From Longimicrobiales bacterium (GTDB taxonomy: Bacteria > Gemmatimonadota > Gemmatimonadetes > Longimicrobiales > Gaopeijiaceae), in the NCBI GenBank assembly GCA_965116905.1, contig OZ220732.1:2816001-2880000 (forward strand): DNA of 64,000 nucleotides, in the 5' to 3' direction. Under the pieces are notes generated by a model that searched no databases, was not told where the DNA came from, and saw only the letters and a program-made list of their open reading frames with translations. Positions 18,254 through 29,060 of the stretch are shown here, one piece after another. The position numbers were made by a program, and so were the translations under genes. Numbering within the stretch: position 1 is the stretch's first letter; every line of letters begins with the position of its first letter.

Positions 18254-19261
18254 TCATTTCCTGAAGGAATCCATGAAGCTGCCTCCCACGCGTTTCGCGG
18301 CGCCCGCGACCTGGTCGAGCAGGTCCTTTGCGCCCGTCTTGTAGGCGTCGGCCGCCTCCGCGACGTCCTCGCGATACGCGGGATCAGGTTCACCGCGGCG
18401 CTGGTATTCGCCTCGCAGGACCCTGTCGTATTCGCCCTCCTCGATCCAGCCGCGCAGTTCCGAAAGACGGAGGACCCAGAAGGGATGCGTCTGACCGAGC
18501 AGGTTCAGCACCTTGAAGACCTGGTCGGCGAGATCGCCGGATTCACGGTATTCCTCGGCCTGGTGAACGAACTCGGGCAGGGAGGTCTCCTCGTCCGCCC
18601 CGCCACCGGCCATCTTCAGCATCCCGGCCATGACCACGTCCGGATCCTGGATCGCGAGCAGTCCCGCCCGGTCGGCCGACAGCTCGCTCTTGCGCGACCA
18701 CTCCAGCAGCCCGACGAGGATCGCGCGGGCGGCCAGCCCGACGATGGGGAAGCCGAGCCCGGCCAGCTGGATGAGGAGCTGGGTCATCGTGCGGTAGAGC
18801 ACGTGGTCGCTCATGACGTGGCCCAGTTCGTGGCCGAGCACGTACGAGACCTGCCGGTCCGTGAGAAGCTCCAGCGTCCCCGAATTGAGAATGATGAACG
18901 GCTCCTTCATCCCGTACGCGCCGGCGTTCACGACCGGGTTCTGCGAGACGAAGAGCGGATACCGCTCCGGAGCGTCGAGGGTCTCGCACATGTCGCAGTA
19001 GAGATTCCAGATCCGCGGAAACTGGTTGGGACCGACGCGTACCGCGTTCGCCTGGAAGGCAAGCCGGATCGGCTTTTCCCCGAAGATGCCGAACAGCGCG
19101 CGCAGGACCTGGTCGAACATGGGGAGCTTGCGCAGCGCAGCGAGCGCGGCGCGGTCCGCGCTGTGTTCCCAGGCCCGCGAGGAGATGTCGGTCAGGATGC
19201 GTCTCGAGCGGGCGTCGCCGTCCGAGGCGCCGCCGTGCGTGTAGTTGTCGTTTTCGGTCAT
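18254..19261 (-). CDS. M48 family Zn metallopeptidase
   Basis: VNAGAYG, GHELGH, ELSADRAG, THP. Confidence 0.9.
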   Translation of the reverse strand: MTENDNYTHGGASDGDARSRRILTDISSRAWEHSADRAALAALRKLPMFDQVLRALFGIFGEKPIRLAFQANAVRVGPNQFPRIWNLYCDMCETLDAPERYPLFVSQNPVVNAGAYGMKEPFIILNSGTLELLTDRQVSYVLGHELGHVMSDHVLYRTMTQLLIQLAGLGFPIVGLAARAILVGLLEWSRKSELSADRAGLLAIQDPDVVMAGMLKMAGGGADEETSLPEFVHQAEEYRESGDLADQVFKVLNLLGQTHPFWVLRLSELRGWIEEGEYDRVLRGEYQRRGEPDPAYREDVAEAADAYKTGAKDLLDQVAGAAKRVGGSFMDSFRK

Positions 19262-20418
19262 GTCCCGTCCTTGCGTGATAGCGCCTGTTCGATGTCCTCT
19301 ACGAGGTCGGCCGCGTCTTCGATTCCGGCCGAGAGCCGGACCAACCCGTCGGTGATGCCCATCCGCAGCCTCTCGTTCTCCGGAACGGACGCGTGCGTCA
19401 TGAGGGAGGGGATGCAGATCATCGATTCGACGCCGCCAAGACTCTCCGCGAGACGGAAGATTCTGGTGCCCTCGGCCATTTTCCGGGCGTCGGCCTCGGC
19501 GAGTTCGGCCGAGACCATCCCCGAAAAGCCCGTCATCTGACGGCGTGCCAGTGGGTGTTGGGGGTGTGACGGCAGCCCCGGATAGTGCACCCGGCGGACG
19601 AGCGGGTGGGACTCCAGGAATTCGGCGATGCGCATGCCGTTCTCGTTGTGGCGCTCCATGCGGAGGTGCAGCGTCTTCGTGCCGCGCAGGGTCAGCCAGG
19701 AGTCGAAGGGTCCGGGGACCGGTCCGGTGGACTTCCGCACGAAGAAGAGTTCCTCGGCGAGCGCGTCATCGTCGAGCACGATGACGCCCCCGAGCACGTC
19801 GGAGTGGCCGTTCAGGTACTTCGTCGTCGAGTGCACGACGGCGTCCGCCCCCAGCGCCAGCGGGGTCTGGTTGCAGGGCGACGAAAACGTGTTGTCCACG
19901 CACAGGAGCGCACCGGCGGTCCTGGCCGTGCGGGCGAGTGCCCCGATATCGGCGATCCGCATGAGGGGATTCGACGGCGTCTCCAGGTGGATCAGTCCCG
20001 TGTCGGGGCGCATTGCCGCGCGTACCGCCGCCACGTCGCGGGTGTCGACCAGGGTGACCTCGACCCCGAGCCGGTCGAGGACCTGTGTGAACATTCGCGT
20101 GGTGCCGCCGTAGGTGTTCTCCTCGCTCACCACGTGACCGCCGGCCGCCACGGTCTTGACGAGGCACTCGATCGCCGCGAGTCCGCTCGAGAAGGATATC
20201 CCGTGCCGGGCGCCCTCCAGGTCGGCGATGTTCGCCTCGGCGGCTTCCCGGGTCGGATTCTGCAGGCGCGCGTACTCGTAGCCCCGGTGTCGGCCGACCC
20301 CGTCCTGGACGTACGTGGAAGTCTGGAAGACCGGCGTGGTGATCGCACCCGTGACGGACTCCGGCGATTGCCCCGCGTGAACGCAGCGCGTGCCGAAGCG
20401 GACCGTCGGATCGGACAA
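19258..20418 (-). CDS. metB: Cystathionine gamma-synthase/lyase family PLP enzyme
   Basis: YEYARLQNPTR, ETPSNP, DNTF, HSTTKYLNGHSD, LAESLGGVES; exact activity uncertain. Confidence 0.8.
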   Translation of the reverse strand: MSDPTVRFGTRCVHAGQSPESVTGAITTPVFQTSTYVQDGVGRHRGYEYARLQNPTREAAEANIADLEGARHGISFSSGLAAIECLVKTVAAGGHVVSEENTYGGTTRMFTQVLDRLGVEVTLVDTRDVAAVRAAMRPDTGLIHLETPSNPLMRIADIGALARTARTAGALLCVDNTFSSPCNQTPLALGADAVVHSTTKYLNGHSDVLGGVIVLDDDALAEELFFVRKSTGPVPGPFDSWLTLRGTKTLHLRMERHNENGMRIAEFLESHPLVRRVHYPGLPSHPQHPLARRQMTGFSGMVSAELAEADARKMAEGTRIFRLAESLGGVESMICIPSLMTHASVPENERLRMGITDGLVRLSAGIEDAADLVEDIEQALSRKDGT

Positions 20419-20479
20419 ATCGAACTCCTCGGAATGGGGGGTGGCAGGAGGCTCACGCGGCGTGATTCCCGTCCCAATC

Positions 20480-20552
20480 TAGCAGTCCGTGGACAAAGCC
20501 GCCCGGATGAATCGCCGCTCGAATGCCGCCGGATTCCTTCCACGGACTGCTA
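20480..20552. mobile_element. 73-bp MITE/REP-like element with perfect 14-bp terminal inverted repeats
   Basis: TAGCAGTCCGTGGA (20480-20493) and TCCACGGACTGCTA (20539-20552); left 26 bp recur at 31885. Confidence 0.55.
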
Positions 20553-20618
20553 CCTTTGCTTCAGGCCTCGCTCCCGGCCGCCGAGCGTCGGGCTTTCCCC
20601 ATCGACCAGCTGTACCTC

Positions 20619-22025
20619 ATGCCGATCCAGCTTCCTTCCGACCTCATGGTCAGCGTGTCCGGTTTCCGGGGAGTGGTGGGCGCGCCCCTCACGCCCGAAC
20701 TGGTGACGGGTCTCGGGGCGGCGTACGGGACGTTTCTGAGGGATGAGGGCGACCTGGGGAACGTCGTCGTGGGCCGGGATTCCAGGACTTCGGGGCCGAT
20801 GCTGCAGCGGGCCGTCGTAGCAGGCCTTCTCTCGGCGGGGTGCGACGTGGTCGAGCTCGGCATTGTTCCCACGCCCACGCTGATGCTCGCGGTGCGCGAC
20901 GCGGACGCCGCGGGGGGAATCGCCGTCACGGCCAGCCACAATCCCGCGGAGTGGAATGCGCTGAAATTCGCGGTGCGGGGCGGGACCTTCCTGCCGCCCG
21001 AGAGAATGGCGCGCTTCCAGGCCATGGTCCGGCGGTCCGATCCGGTCCGCGCCGGCTGGGATCGGCTGGGCGGGGCGATACGGGACCGTGGCGCGGTGGA
21101 GCGTCACGTCGAGCGCATCCTGGAGCTTGCGTGCCTCGATGTCGACGCCATTCGGGCGCGGCGGATCCGCGTGGCGCTCGACTGCGTCAACGGGGCGGGG
21201 GGCGTGATCATGCCCGCCCTGCTCGACCGTCTCGGATGCCGCGTGCACGCCATCGGAGTCGAGCCGAACGGCCGCTTCCCCCGCGATCCCGAGCCCACGG
21301 CGGCCAACCTGGGCGACCTGGCCGAGCTGGTGCGCGCGAGCGGAGCCGAGATCGGGTTCGCCGTGGATCCCGATGCGGACCGCCTTTCGCTGGTGGACGA
21401 GGAGGGCGTGCCGCTCGGCGAGGACCTGACGCTGGCGCTGGCGGCGGATGTCGTCCTGGGGCGCGGCGGCGGATGCGCGGTGACCAACCTGTCGACCAGC
21501 CGGATTCTGGACGACGTGGCGCGGATGCACGGGTGCCGCGTGGTGCGCGCGCCGGTCGGCGAGATCAACGTTGTCGTGCGCATGATCGACGAGGGGGCGG
21601 TGGTGGGCGGCGAGGGCAACGGGGGCGTGATCCTGCCCGCGCTGCACCACACCCGCGATGCGGCGGCGGGCGCGGCTCTGCTCCTGCAGTACGTGGTCGA
21701 CGCGCAGGGAGTGACCCTTTCGGGCCAGGTGGGCCGGCTGCCCTCGTACCGGATCGTCAAGGAGAAGGTCGCGTTTCCGCGGGCCCTCCTCGACGACGCC
21801 TACGCGGCTCTCGGGCGCGAGCTGCCGGCGGGCGAGCGGGACGAGAGCGACGGACTTCGCCTGGCGTGGACGCAGGAGGCGAGTTGGCTGCACGTCCGTC
21901 CGTCGGGCACGGAGCCCGTCGTGCGCCTGATCGCGGAGGCGCCCGAGGCCGCGTCCGCCCGTGGACTGGTGGACCGGGCGAGGCACACTCTGGCGGCCAC
22001 GGCGAGCAGCTCGGCGCGCGCCTGA
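20619..22025 (+). CDS. glmM: Phosphoglucosamine mutase
   Basis: VGRDSR, TASHNP, DPDADR, GGEGNGG, VRPSGTEP; adjacent to glmS. Confidence 0.9.
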   Translation: MPIQLPSDLMVSVSGFRGVVGAPLTPELVTGLGAAYGTFLRDEGDLGNVVVGRDSRTSGPMLQRAVVAGLLSAGCDVVELGIVPTPTLMLAVRDADAAGGIAVTASHNPAEWNALKFAVRGGTFLPPERMARFQAMVRRSDPVRAGWDRLGGAIRDRGAVERHVERILELACLDVDAIRARRIRVALDCVNGAGGVIMPALLDRLGCRVHAIGVEPNGRFPRDPEPTAANLGDLAELVRASGAEIGFAVDPDADRLSLVDEEGVPLGEDLTLALAADVVLGRGGGCAVTNLSTSRILDDVARMHGCRVVRAPVGEINVVVRMIDEGAVVGGEGNGGVILPALHHTRDAAAGAALLLQYVVDAQGVTLSGQVGRLPSYRIVKEKVAFPRALLDDAYAALGRELPAGERDESDGLRLAWTQEASWLHVRPSGTEPVVRLIAEAPEAASARGLVDRARHTLAATASSSARA

Positions 22026-22026
22026 C

Positions 22027-23865
22027 ATGTGCGGGATCATCGGATACGTGGGACCCCGGCCGGCCGGCCCCATTCTCATGGAGGGCCTCAGGCGGCTCGA
22101 GTACCGCGGGTACGACTCGGCGGGGATTGCCGTGCTCGGCGCGGACGACGGGCTCCGGGTGACGAAGCGGCCCGGCAAGATCAGCGAACTGGAGGACGCG
22201 CTGGGTGGCCGGCCTCCGCCCGGCGACTGCGGCATCGCGCACACGCGGTGGGCCACCCACGGTCCCCCCAGCGAGGCCAACGCGCACCCCCAGCTGTCGC
22301 CGGCGCTGGATATCGCGCTCGTCCACAACGGGATTATCGAGAGCGCGGGCCGCCTGCGTCCGAGATTGCGCGACCTGGGGTACGAGTTCCGCAGTCAGAC
22401 CGACACGGAGGTGCTCGTCCACCTGATCGACCTGGCCTTTCGCGACACCGGCCGACTGGAGGATGCGGTCGCGAATGCCGTGTCGCAGGTCGAGGGAACC
22501 TACGGGATCGCGGTGGTCAGCTCCCGTGACCCGGGGAAGATCGTCGTCGCGCGCAACGGCAGCCCGGTCCTTCTCGGCGTCGGCGCGGCGGACGAGTACT
22601 TCGTCACCTCCGACGCGGCCGCGATCGTGGCGCACACGCAGAAGGTCGTGCGGCTGCGCGACGGCGACTCCGCGGTGCTCACCCGCGACGGCTACCGGAC
22701 CTTCGATCCCGCGCGGCGGGCGGTGACGAGGGGCGCGCACATCGTCGCCTGGGGAGCGGATTCGATCGGCAAGGGCGGGTACGACCATTACATGGACAAG
22801 GAGATCCGGGAGCAGGCGTCCTCGCTGCGCGACGTGATGCGGGGCCGGCTCCTGGAACGGGACGGCACATCCAGGCTGGGCGGTCTGGCCGCGGCGAACC
22901 GGGATCTGCGCGGCGTGACCCGAATCGTGATCACCGCTTGCGGCACGAGCTGGCACGCCGGGCTGATCGGCGGCTACATGCTCGAGGAGATGGCCCGGAT
23001 CCCCGTCACCGTAGAGTACGCTTCGGAGTTCCGCTACCGGAACACCGTGCTCGACCGGGGCACGCTGGTCATGGGGATCAGCCAGTCCGGAGAGACGGCC
23101 GACACCCTGGCGGCGTTGCGCGAGGCCCGCAGACGGGGCTGCCGCACCATGGGAATCGTGAACGTCGTGGGGTCCAGCATCGCGGCCGAGACGGACTTCG
23201 GCGTGTACCTGCACGCGGGCCCCGAGATCGGGGTGGCTTCCACCAAGTCCTTCTCCAGCCAGATCGTGGCGCTGGCGCTCTTCACCCTGCACATGGCTCG
23301 TGCGCGCGGCATGTCGGTCGTGGAGGGCCGCGAGATCGTTCGGGCGCTCGGCGGGCTGCCGGCGCTCGTCGAAGAGGTGCTGAAGGTGGGCGACCGGATC
23401 GAGGAGCTGGCGCACAGATACCACACCGCCCCGAATTTCCTGTACCTGGGCCGGGGCTATCAGTTTCCGGTGGCCCTCGAGGGCGCCTTGAAGTTGAAGG
23501 AGGTAAGCTACATTCATGCAGAGGGTTACCCTGCGGCAGAGATGAAACACGGACCGATCGCGCTGATCGACGAGAACATGCCCGTCGTGGTGCTTGCGCC
23601 CCGTGACGCCGTGTATTCCAAGACCCTTTCGAATATCCAGGAGGTGCGCGCACGCCACGGACGGATCATTGCGGTCGTGAACGACGAGGACGATGAGGTC
23701 ACCGATCTCGCGCACGAGCGGATCGTGATTCCGGCGACGATCCCGGCCCTGATGCCCGTGCTCACCACCGTGCCGCTGCAGCTGCTCGCCTACCATATCG
23801 CCGTAATGCGCGGATGCGATGTCGACCAGCCACGCAACCTTGCCAAGTCGGTGACGGTCGAGTGA
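22027..23865 (+). CDS. glmS: Glutamine-fructose-6-phosphate aminotransferase
   Basis: [43 protein letters not shown]. Confidence 0.98.
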   Translation: MCGIIGYVGPRPAGPILMEGLRRLEYRGYDSAGIAVLGADDGLRVTKRPGKISELEDALGGRPPPGDCGIAHTRWATHGPPSEANAHPQLSPALDIALVHNGIIESAGRLRPRLRDLGYEFRSQTDTEVLVHLIDLAFRDTGRLEDAVANAVSQVEGTYGIAVVSSRDPGKIVVARNGSPVLLGVGAADEYFVTSDAAAIVAHTQKVVRLRDGDSAVLTRDGYRTFDPARRAVTRGAHIVAWGADSIGKGGYDHYMDKEIREQASSLRDVMRGRLLERDGTSRLGGLAAANRDLRGVTRIVITACGTSWHAGLIGGYMLEEMARIPVTVEYASEFRYRNTVLDRGTLVMGISQSGETADTLAALREARRRGCRTMGIVNVVGSSIAAETDFGVYLHAGPEIGVASTKSFSSQIVALALFTLHMARARGMSVVEGREIVRALGGLPALVEEVLKVGDRIEELAHRYHTAPNFLYLGRGYQFPVALEGALKLKEVSYIHAEGYPAAEMKHGPIALIDENMPVVVLAPRDAVYSKTLSNIQEVRARHGRIIAVVNDEDDEVTDLAHERIVIPATIPALMPVLTTVPLQLLAYHIAVMRGCDVDQPRNLAKSVTVE

Positions 23866-24302
23866 GGGTCGTCCTGCAGCGCGTGGCGGAGGCCGCGGTG
23901 GAAATCGACGGCGCGGTCGTGGGCTCGATCGGGCCCGGTCTCGTGGTGCTCGCCGGCTTCACCGACGGAGATGGTCCGGACACCGTGTCGTGGATGGCCG
24001 ACAAGATCGCGAACCTGCGCATCTTCGCCGACGCCGAGGGACGGATGAATCGCTCGGTGCTCGACAGCGGGGGCGAGGTGCTCGTCGTGAGCCAGTTTAC
24101 CCTGTATGGTGACGCGCGGAAGGGCCGGCGGCCCTCGTTCGTGAAGGCGGCACGGCCCGAAGTCGCGGTGCCGCTCTACGAGGCTTTCGTGGAGGCGCTG
24201 GACCGCGTGGTGCCCCGGCCCGTGCAGACCGGCCGCTTCGGCGCGGCCATGAACGTGTCGCTCGTCAACGACGGGCCGGTCACGTTGATGATGGAACGGT
24301 GA
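23862..24302 (+). CDS. dtd: D-aminoacyl-tRNA deacylase
   Basis: (M)RVVLQRV, VSQFTL, NDGPVT; GTGA overlap with the glmS stop. Confidence 0.95.
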   Translation: MRVVLQRVAEAAVEIDGAVVGSIGPGLVVLAGFTDGDGPDTVSWMADKIANLRIFADAEGRMNRSVLDSGGEVLVVSQFTLYGDARKGRRPSFVKAARPEVAVPLYEAFVEALDRVVPRPVQTGRFGAAMNVSLVNDGPVTLMMER

Positions 24303-24320
24303 CGAAACGATGAAACAACA

Positions 24321-24992
24321 ATGATGGGAGAAGCGCCAGCCGCCCCGGTGCCCGGGACCGCGGCGCGAGCCGGGGGAGCACCGGATATCGTGCTTGCCTC
24401 GGCGTCCCCGCGGCGCGCCGCCGTGCTGGGAATGCTGGGTCTCTCCTTCTCGGTCGTGCCCGCGGACGTGGAGGAGCGGCGCGAGCAGGGAGAGCCGCCT
24501 CGCCGCTACGTGGAGCGTCTGGCCCGTGCGAAGGCGCGCCGAGTCATGGCCGCCCAACCGGGTGCGCTGGTGATCGGGGGCGACACGGTCGTGGCGATGG
24601 ACGGGCGCGTTCTGGAGAAGCCGCGGGGCGGGGCCGAGGCAGTGCGCATGCTGTCGTCGCTGTCGGGCAGGGAGCACGTGGTGTACAGTGGGCTGGCCGT
24701 GGCGGCGGGGGGCCGGATCGTGTCGAACGTGGCCACCGCGCGGGTGCGCTGCGGCACCCTTGCCCGCGAGGTCATCGAGGCCTACGTGGCGACCGGGGAG
24801 CCGCTCGACAAGGCGGGGGCGTACGGCATCCAGGGCCGGGGCGCCACGCTGGTCGAGCGCATCGAGGGCGACTACTACGCCGTGGTGGGGCTGTCGGTGG
24901 CGGCCCTGGTCCGCCTGTTCCCCGCGGTCGGCTACGAGTACCTGCCGGGCGGGCTGGTGACACGGTCCCGGCCGGAGGGCGGCGGGACGTGA
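24321..24992 (+). CDS. maf: Maf family nucleoside triphosphate pyrophosphatase
   Basis: LASASPRR, GGDTVV, EKP, DKAGAYGIQG. Confidence 0.93.
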   Translation: MMGEAPAAPVPGTAARAGGAPDIVLASASPRRAAVLGMLGLSFSVVPADVEERREQGEPPRRYVERLARAKARRVMAAQPGALVIGGDTVVAMDGRVLEKPRGGAEAVRMLSSLSGREHVVYSGLAVAAGGRIVSNVATARVRCGTLAREVIEAYVATGEPLDKAGAYGIQGRGATLVERIEGDYYAVVGLSVAALVRLFPAVGYEYLPGGLVTRSRPEGGGT

Positions 24993-26482
24993 GCGCCACC
25001 GCGGTGCTCGCGCTGGACCAGGGGACCACCGGGTCCGCCGCGCTGGTGATCGGGTCGGACGGGGCCGTGTTGGGCAGGGCGTACTCCGAGTTCACGCAGC
25101 ACTTCCCGCGCCCGGGCCGGGTCGAGCACGACGCGGAGGAGATCTGGCGCGTGACGGCGCGCGTAGCCCGCGAGGCCGTTGCCGCCGCACGTGCGGAGAT
25201 CGCCGCCGTGGGGGTGACCAACCAGCGCGAGACGGTTGTCGTATGGGACCCGGAAACGCTGAAGCCGCTGCACCGGGCGATCGTGTGGCAGGATCGCCGC
25301 ACGGCCTCGTTCTGCCGCGAGTTGAAGGAGGCCGGCCACGAGGAGACGATCCGGCGGAGGACCGGGCTGCTCCTGGACCCATACTTCTCCGGCACCAAGC
25401 TGCGGTGGATCTTCGACCGGAGTCCGGAACTGGCGGCGCGCGCCCGGGCGGGCGAGCTGGCCGCTGGCACGATCGACTCCTGGCTCCTGGCCCGGATGAC
25501 CGGCGGCGCCGTGCACGCCACCGATCCCACGAATGCGTCGCGCACCCTCCTCTTCGACCTTGACAAAGGCGACTGGAGCCAAGAGCTCCTCGGACTTCTG
25601 GGCGTACCCCGGCACATTCTCCCGGAGGTCCGGCCGAGTTCGGGAGACTTCGGGGTCACGGACGGAGCCGCGTTCGGCCTGGAGGCGCCGATCGGGGGAA
25701 TTGCGGGTGACCAGCAGGCCGCGCTTTACGGACAGGGGTGCTGGGAGGCCGGATTCGGCAAGTGCACCTACGGCACCGGGGCGTTTCTGCTGCTGAACAC
25801 GGGAGAGCAGCGCGTGTCCTCCAGGCATGGGCTTCTCACGACGGCCGCCTGCGATGCGCGGGGTGGCCGCGCCTACGCGCTGGAGGGTTCGATCTTCATT
25901 GCGGGCGCGGCGATCCAGTGGCTCCGGGACGGCCTGGGGCTGCTGGACGACGCTGCCGCCAGCGAGGCAATGGCCCGATCGCTCGCAGCGAATGACGGCG
26001 TCTACCTCGTTCCCGCGTTCGCAGGCCTGGGCGCGCCCCACTGGCGTCCCGACGCGCGCGGAACCGTGACGGGACTGACCCGGGGCACCACGCGCGCCCA
26101 CCTGGTCCGGGCGGCATTGGAGGCGATGGCCTATGGCACCCGCGACATCGTGGTCGCCATGGAGCGCGACGCCGGCATCCGGGCCCGCGGGCTCCGCGCG
26201 GATGGTGGGGCGGCCCGGAACGACTGGCTGATGGAGTTCATGGCCGGCATCCTGGGCATCCCCGTCCGACGTCCGGACATGGTGGAGACGACGGCGCTCG
26301 GTGCCGCGGGGCTGGCAGGGCTGGCCACGGGCGTGTGGGACGATCCGGAAAGTTTTGCGGCCGCGTTCGGTACCGGACGCACCTTCGCGCCCCGATTCGG
26401 GCGGGACGAGCGCGAGGCCCTGATCGGCGGCTGGGACCGGGCGGTGCGAGCCACACTGGCGACGCTGGACGCTGAACGGTGA
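24989..26482 (+). CDS. glpK: Glycerol kinase
   Basis: LDQGTT, TNQRET, WQDRR, DPYFSGTK, GDQQAA, KCTYGTG. Confidence 0.95.
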   Translation: MSATAVLALDQGTTGSAALVIGSDGAVLGRAYSEFTQHFPRPGRVEHDAEEIWRVTARVAREAVAAARAEIAAVGVTNQRETVVVWDPETLKPLHRAIVWQDRRTASFCRELKEAGHEETIRRRTGLLLDPYFSGTKLRWIFDRSPELAARARAGELAAGTIDSWLLARMTGGAVHATDPTNASRTLLFDLDKGDWSQELLGLLGVPRHILPEVRPSSGDFGVTDGAAFGLEAPIGGIAGDQQAALYGQGCWEAGFGKCTYGTGAFLLLNTGEQRVSSRHGLLTTAACDARGGRAYALEGSIFIAGAAIQWLRDGLGLLDDAAASEAMARSLAANDGVYLVPAFAGLGAPHWRPDARGTVTGLTRGTTRAHLVRAALEAMAYGTRDIVVAMERDAGIRARGLRADGGAARNDWLMEFMAGILGIPVRRPDMVETTALGAAGLAGLATGVWDDPESFAAAFGTGRTFAPRFGRDEREALIGGWDRAVRATLATLDAER

Positions 26483-26570
26483 CCGTGCGTAGATTGAATG
26501 CACCGGTCGTCGTCGGGCCGGGAATCACTGCAGAAGAGTCGCCCTGGTCAGGGGCTGGAGCGAACGCGAT

Positions 26571-26993
26571 ATGAAGAACGGACGGTTTTTCGTCGGACTG
26601 GTCGGGGTGGCGGCCATGGTGGCCTGGCTGATGTGGACGGGGATCAGCGACAGCATGGTTTACTACCTCACGCCCAGTGAACTCATCGAGCGGGTGGAGG
26701 ACGACCCCACCTTCCACGAGCTCGGGGTCAAGGTTGGCGGGCAGGTGGTCGAGGGGTCGTGGGCCCGCAGGCAGAGTGGCGCCGGAACCCATGAGTTCCT
26801 GGTCGCCGACCTGGAGAATCCGGACGTGGCCTTCGCCGTCCGGTACGGGGACATTCTGCCGGACACCTTCAACGACCAGGCCGAAGTGGTCGTCGAGGGC
26901 ATCTTCGGAACCGACGGCGTCTTCCGCGCGCACACCGTCCTGACGAAGTGCGGGAGCCGGTTCGAGGCTGCCGAGGAGGAGCTGGCGGCGTGA
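26571..26993 (+). CDS. ccmE: Cytochrome c maturation heme chaperone CcmE (Cys-type)
   Basis: N-terminal TM, YYLTPSE, LPDTF, VVVEG, LTKCGSRF. Confidence 0.9.
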   Translation: MKNGRFFVGLVGVAAMVAWLMWTGISDSMVYYLTPSELIERVEDDPTFHELGVKVGGQVVEGSWARRQSGAGTHEFLVADLENPDVAFAVRYGDILPDTFNDQAEVVVEGIFGTDGVFRAHTVLTKCGSRFEAAEEELAA

Positions 26994-29038
26994 CGGTCCT
27001 GGGCGAAGTCGCCCTCTGGATCGCTCTTCCGGTTGCCCTGTGGGGGACCGTCGTCTCCTTCGTCGGAGGGCGATTCCGCCGCAACGACCTGGTCCTGAGC
27101 GGAGAGCGCACCGTCTACATGCTCACGCTCCTGCTCCTCGTGGTCTCGGCCGGGATCATCGCGGCCTTCCTGGGAAACCAGTACGAGTACCGCTATGTGG
27201 CGAACTACTCGAACCGCGAGCTGGACACCTACTTCAAGGTGGCCGGACTGTGGGCGGGACAGCGGGGCTCGCTCGTGTTCTGGACGCTGCTGCTGTCGGT
27301 TTTTTCCTCCATCGCCGTCTTTGTCAACCGGCGCCGCAACCGGGAGTTCATGCCCTATGTGAGCGGCACCCTCCTCGGCCTGCTGTCGTTTCTCCTGGTC
27401 GTGCTGCTGTTCGCGGACGTCAACCCGTTCGAGCGCATGGGGTTCACGCCCGTCAACGGCCGCGGTCTGAATCCACAGCTGCAGAACTACTGGATGACCA
27501 TTCATCCACCCACGCTGTACCTCGGCTTCACGGCGTTCGCGGTTCCCTTCGCATTCGCGGTGTCGGCGCTCTTGAACAACCGTCTCGACTCCCGGTGGAT
27601 CGCCATCACCCGGCGCTGGATTCTGCTCAGCTGGTTCTTCCTGACCAACGGGATCATCTTCGGCATGCGCTGGGCATACGAGGAGCTGGGGTGGGGCGGC
27701 TACTGGTTCTGGGATCCGGTCGAGAACGCCTCCCTGCTCCCGTGGCTCACGGCCACGGCGTTTCTCCACTCGATCCAGATCCAGGAGAACCGCGGGATGC
27801 TGAAGGTGTGGAACATGGGTCTCGTGGTGACCACGTTTCTCCTCACGATATTCGCGACGTTCCTCACCCGCTCCGGGCTCATCGAGTCGGTCCACAGCTT
27901 CGCCGAGAACCTGCGGATCGCGTACATCTTCCTCGGGTTCATGGGTGGCTTGGCGGCCTTGTCGGCCGTGCTCATCGTGTACCGGCTTCCGTCGCTCAGG
28001 TCCGAGAATCAGATCCAGTCGTTCCTGTCGCGGGAGTCCGCCTTCGTGTTTAACAACCTCCTGCTGGTGGGCGTCACCTTCGCCGTGGCCTGGGGAACTC
28101 TCTTCCCGCTCATCACCGAGGGGTTCTTCGGCGAGACGCGGAATGTGGGGCCGCCCTACTTCAACAGCGTGAACATCCCGATCGGGCTGATCCTGCTGGC
28201 GCTGATGGGAATCGGGCCGGTGATCGCCTGGCGGCGCGCGTCGCGACGCAACCTGCGCAGGAACTTCACGGTGCCGCTGCTCGCCGCGGCGGTCACGCTC
28301 GGCACCCTTGTCCTGCTGGGCGTGCGGCACGGCATGGCGCTGACGACCTTCACGATCGCGGTGTTCGTGATGACGATCGTGGTCACGGAGTTCTGGAAGG
28401 GCACGCGGGCACGGGCGCGGATCGCCGGCGAGGGGATGTTGAACGCGCTCCGCAGTCTGGTGAGGAAGAACCGGCGGAGGTGGGGCGGCTACGTCGTCCA
28501 CGCCGGGGTCGTGATCGTCTTCACCGGTCTGGCCGGAGCCGCTTTCGATGTCCGGGTGGAGCAGGAGTTGGCGCCGGGCGAGGCGATGAGCGTACGCTCG
28601 GCACTGGGCACGGAGTACAGCCTGGTCTACGAGAGCCTCTCGCATTCGCGCCCCCGTGTGGCTGCGAACGAGCGTGAGAACGACTGGCGGTGGACGGCGC
28701 TGCTCACGGTGTACAGGGACGGGGAGCGCGTCGGCATCCTGCGGCCGGAGCGGAGGTTCTATCCCGTCATGGAGCAGCAATCCACCGAGGTGGGCATCGC
28801 GAGCACGGCATTCGAGGACCTGTACGTGATTCCCAAGGAGGTGGACCTCGAGAGCGGCTCGGAGCGCGTCACATTCGAGGCGAAGGCGCTGCCGCTGGTC
28901 CCCTGGATCTGGTATGGCGGGCTGCTCGTGACCGTGGGCGCCCTGATCGGACTCTGGCCGGCCGCCAGGGTCGCCGCTCCGGCTGCCGTCCGCCGCAGAT
29001 CGCGCACCGGACCACTGCCGGCAGCGGCAGCCGGCTGA
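26990..29038 (+). CDS. ccmF: Heme lyase CcmF
   Basis: WAGQRGS, IHPP, WAYEELGWGGYWFWDPVEN, SVHSFA; GTG start overlapping the ccmE stop. Confidence 0.95.
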   Translation: MTVLGEVALWIALPVALWGTVVSFVGGRFRRNDLVLSGERTVYMLTLLLLVVSAGIIAAFLGNQYEYRYVANYSNRELDTYFKVAGLWAGQRGSLVFWTLLLSVFSSIAVFVNRRRNREFMPYVSGTLLGLLSFLLVVLLFADVNPFERMGFTPVNGRGLNPQLQNYWMTIHPPTLYLGFTAFAVPFAFAVSALLNNRLDSRWIAITRRWILLSWFFLTNGIIFGMRWAYEELGWGGYWFWDPVENASLLPWLTATAFLHSIQIQENRGMLKVWNMGLVVTTFLLTIFATFLTRSGLIESVHSFAENLRIAYIFLGFMGGLAALSAVLIVYRLPSLRSENQIQSFLSRESAFVFNNLLLVGVTFAVAWGTLFPLITEGFFGETRNVGPPYFNSVNIPIGLILLALMGIGPVIAWRRASRRNLRRNFTVPLLAAAVTLGTLVLLGVRHGMALTTFTIAVFVMTIVVTEFWKGTRARARIAGEGMLNALRSLVRKNRRRWGGYVVHAGVVIVFTGLAGAAFDVRVEQELAPGEAMSVRSALGTEYSLVYESLSHSRPRVAANERENDWRWTALLTVYRDGERVGILRPERRFYPVMEQQSTEVGIASTAFEDLYVIPKEVDLESGSERVTFEAKALPLVPWIWYGGLLVTVGALIGLWPAARVAAPAAVRRRSRTGPLPAAAAG

Positions 29039-29060
29039 GTTCCCCGATGGCGAATGCGCC

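Noticed and set aside
20419..20618. SAM riboswitch or T-box upstream of the metB-like gene
   Set aside because: No SAM-I core or T-box consensus recognisable; the structure is explained by the inverted-repeat element.
22020..22030. glmS ribozyme
   Set aside because: glmM and glmS are 1 nt apart, leaving no room.
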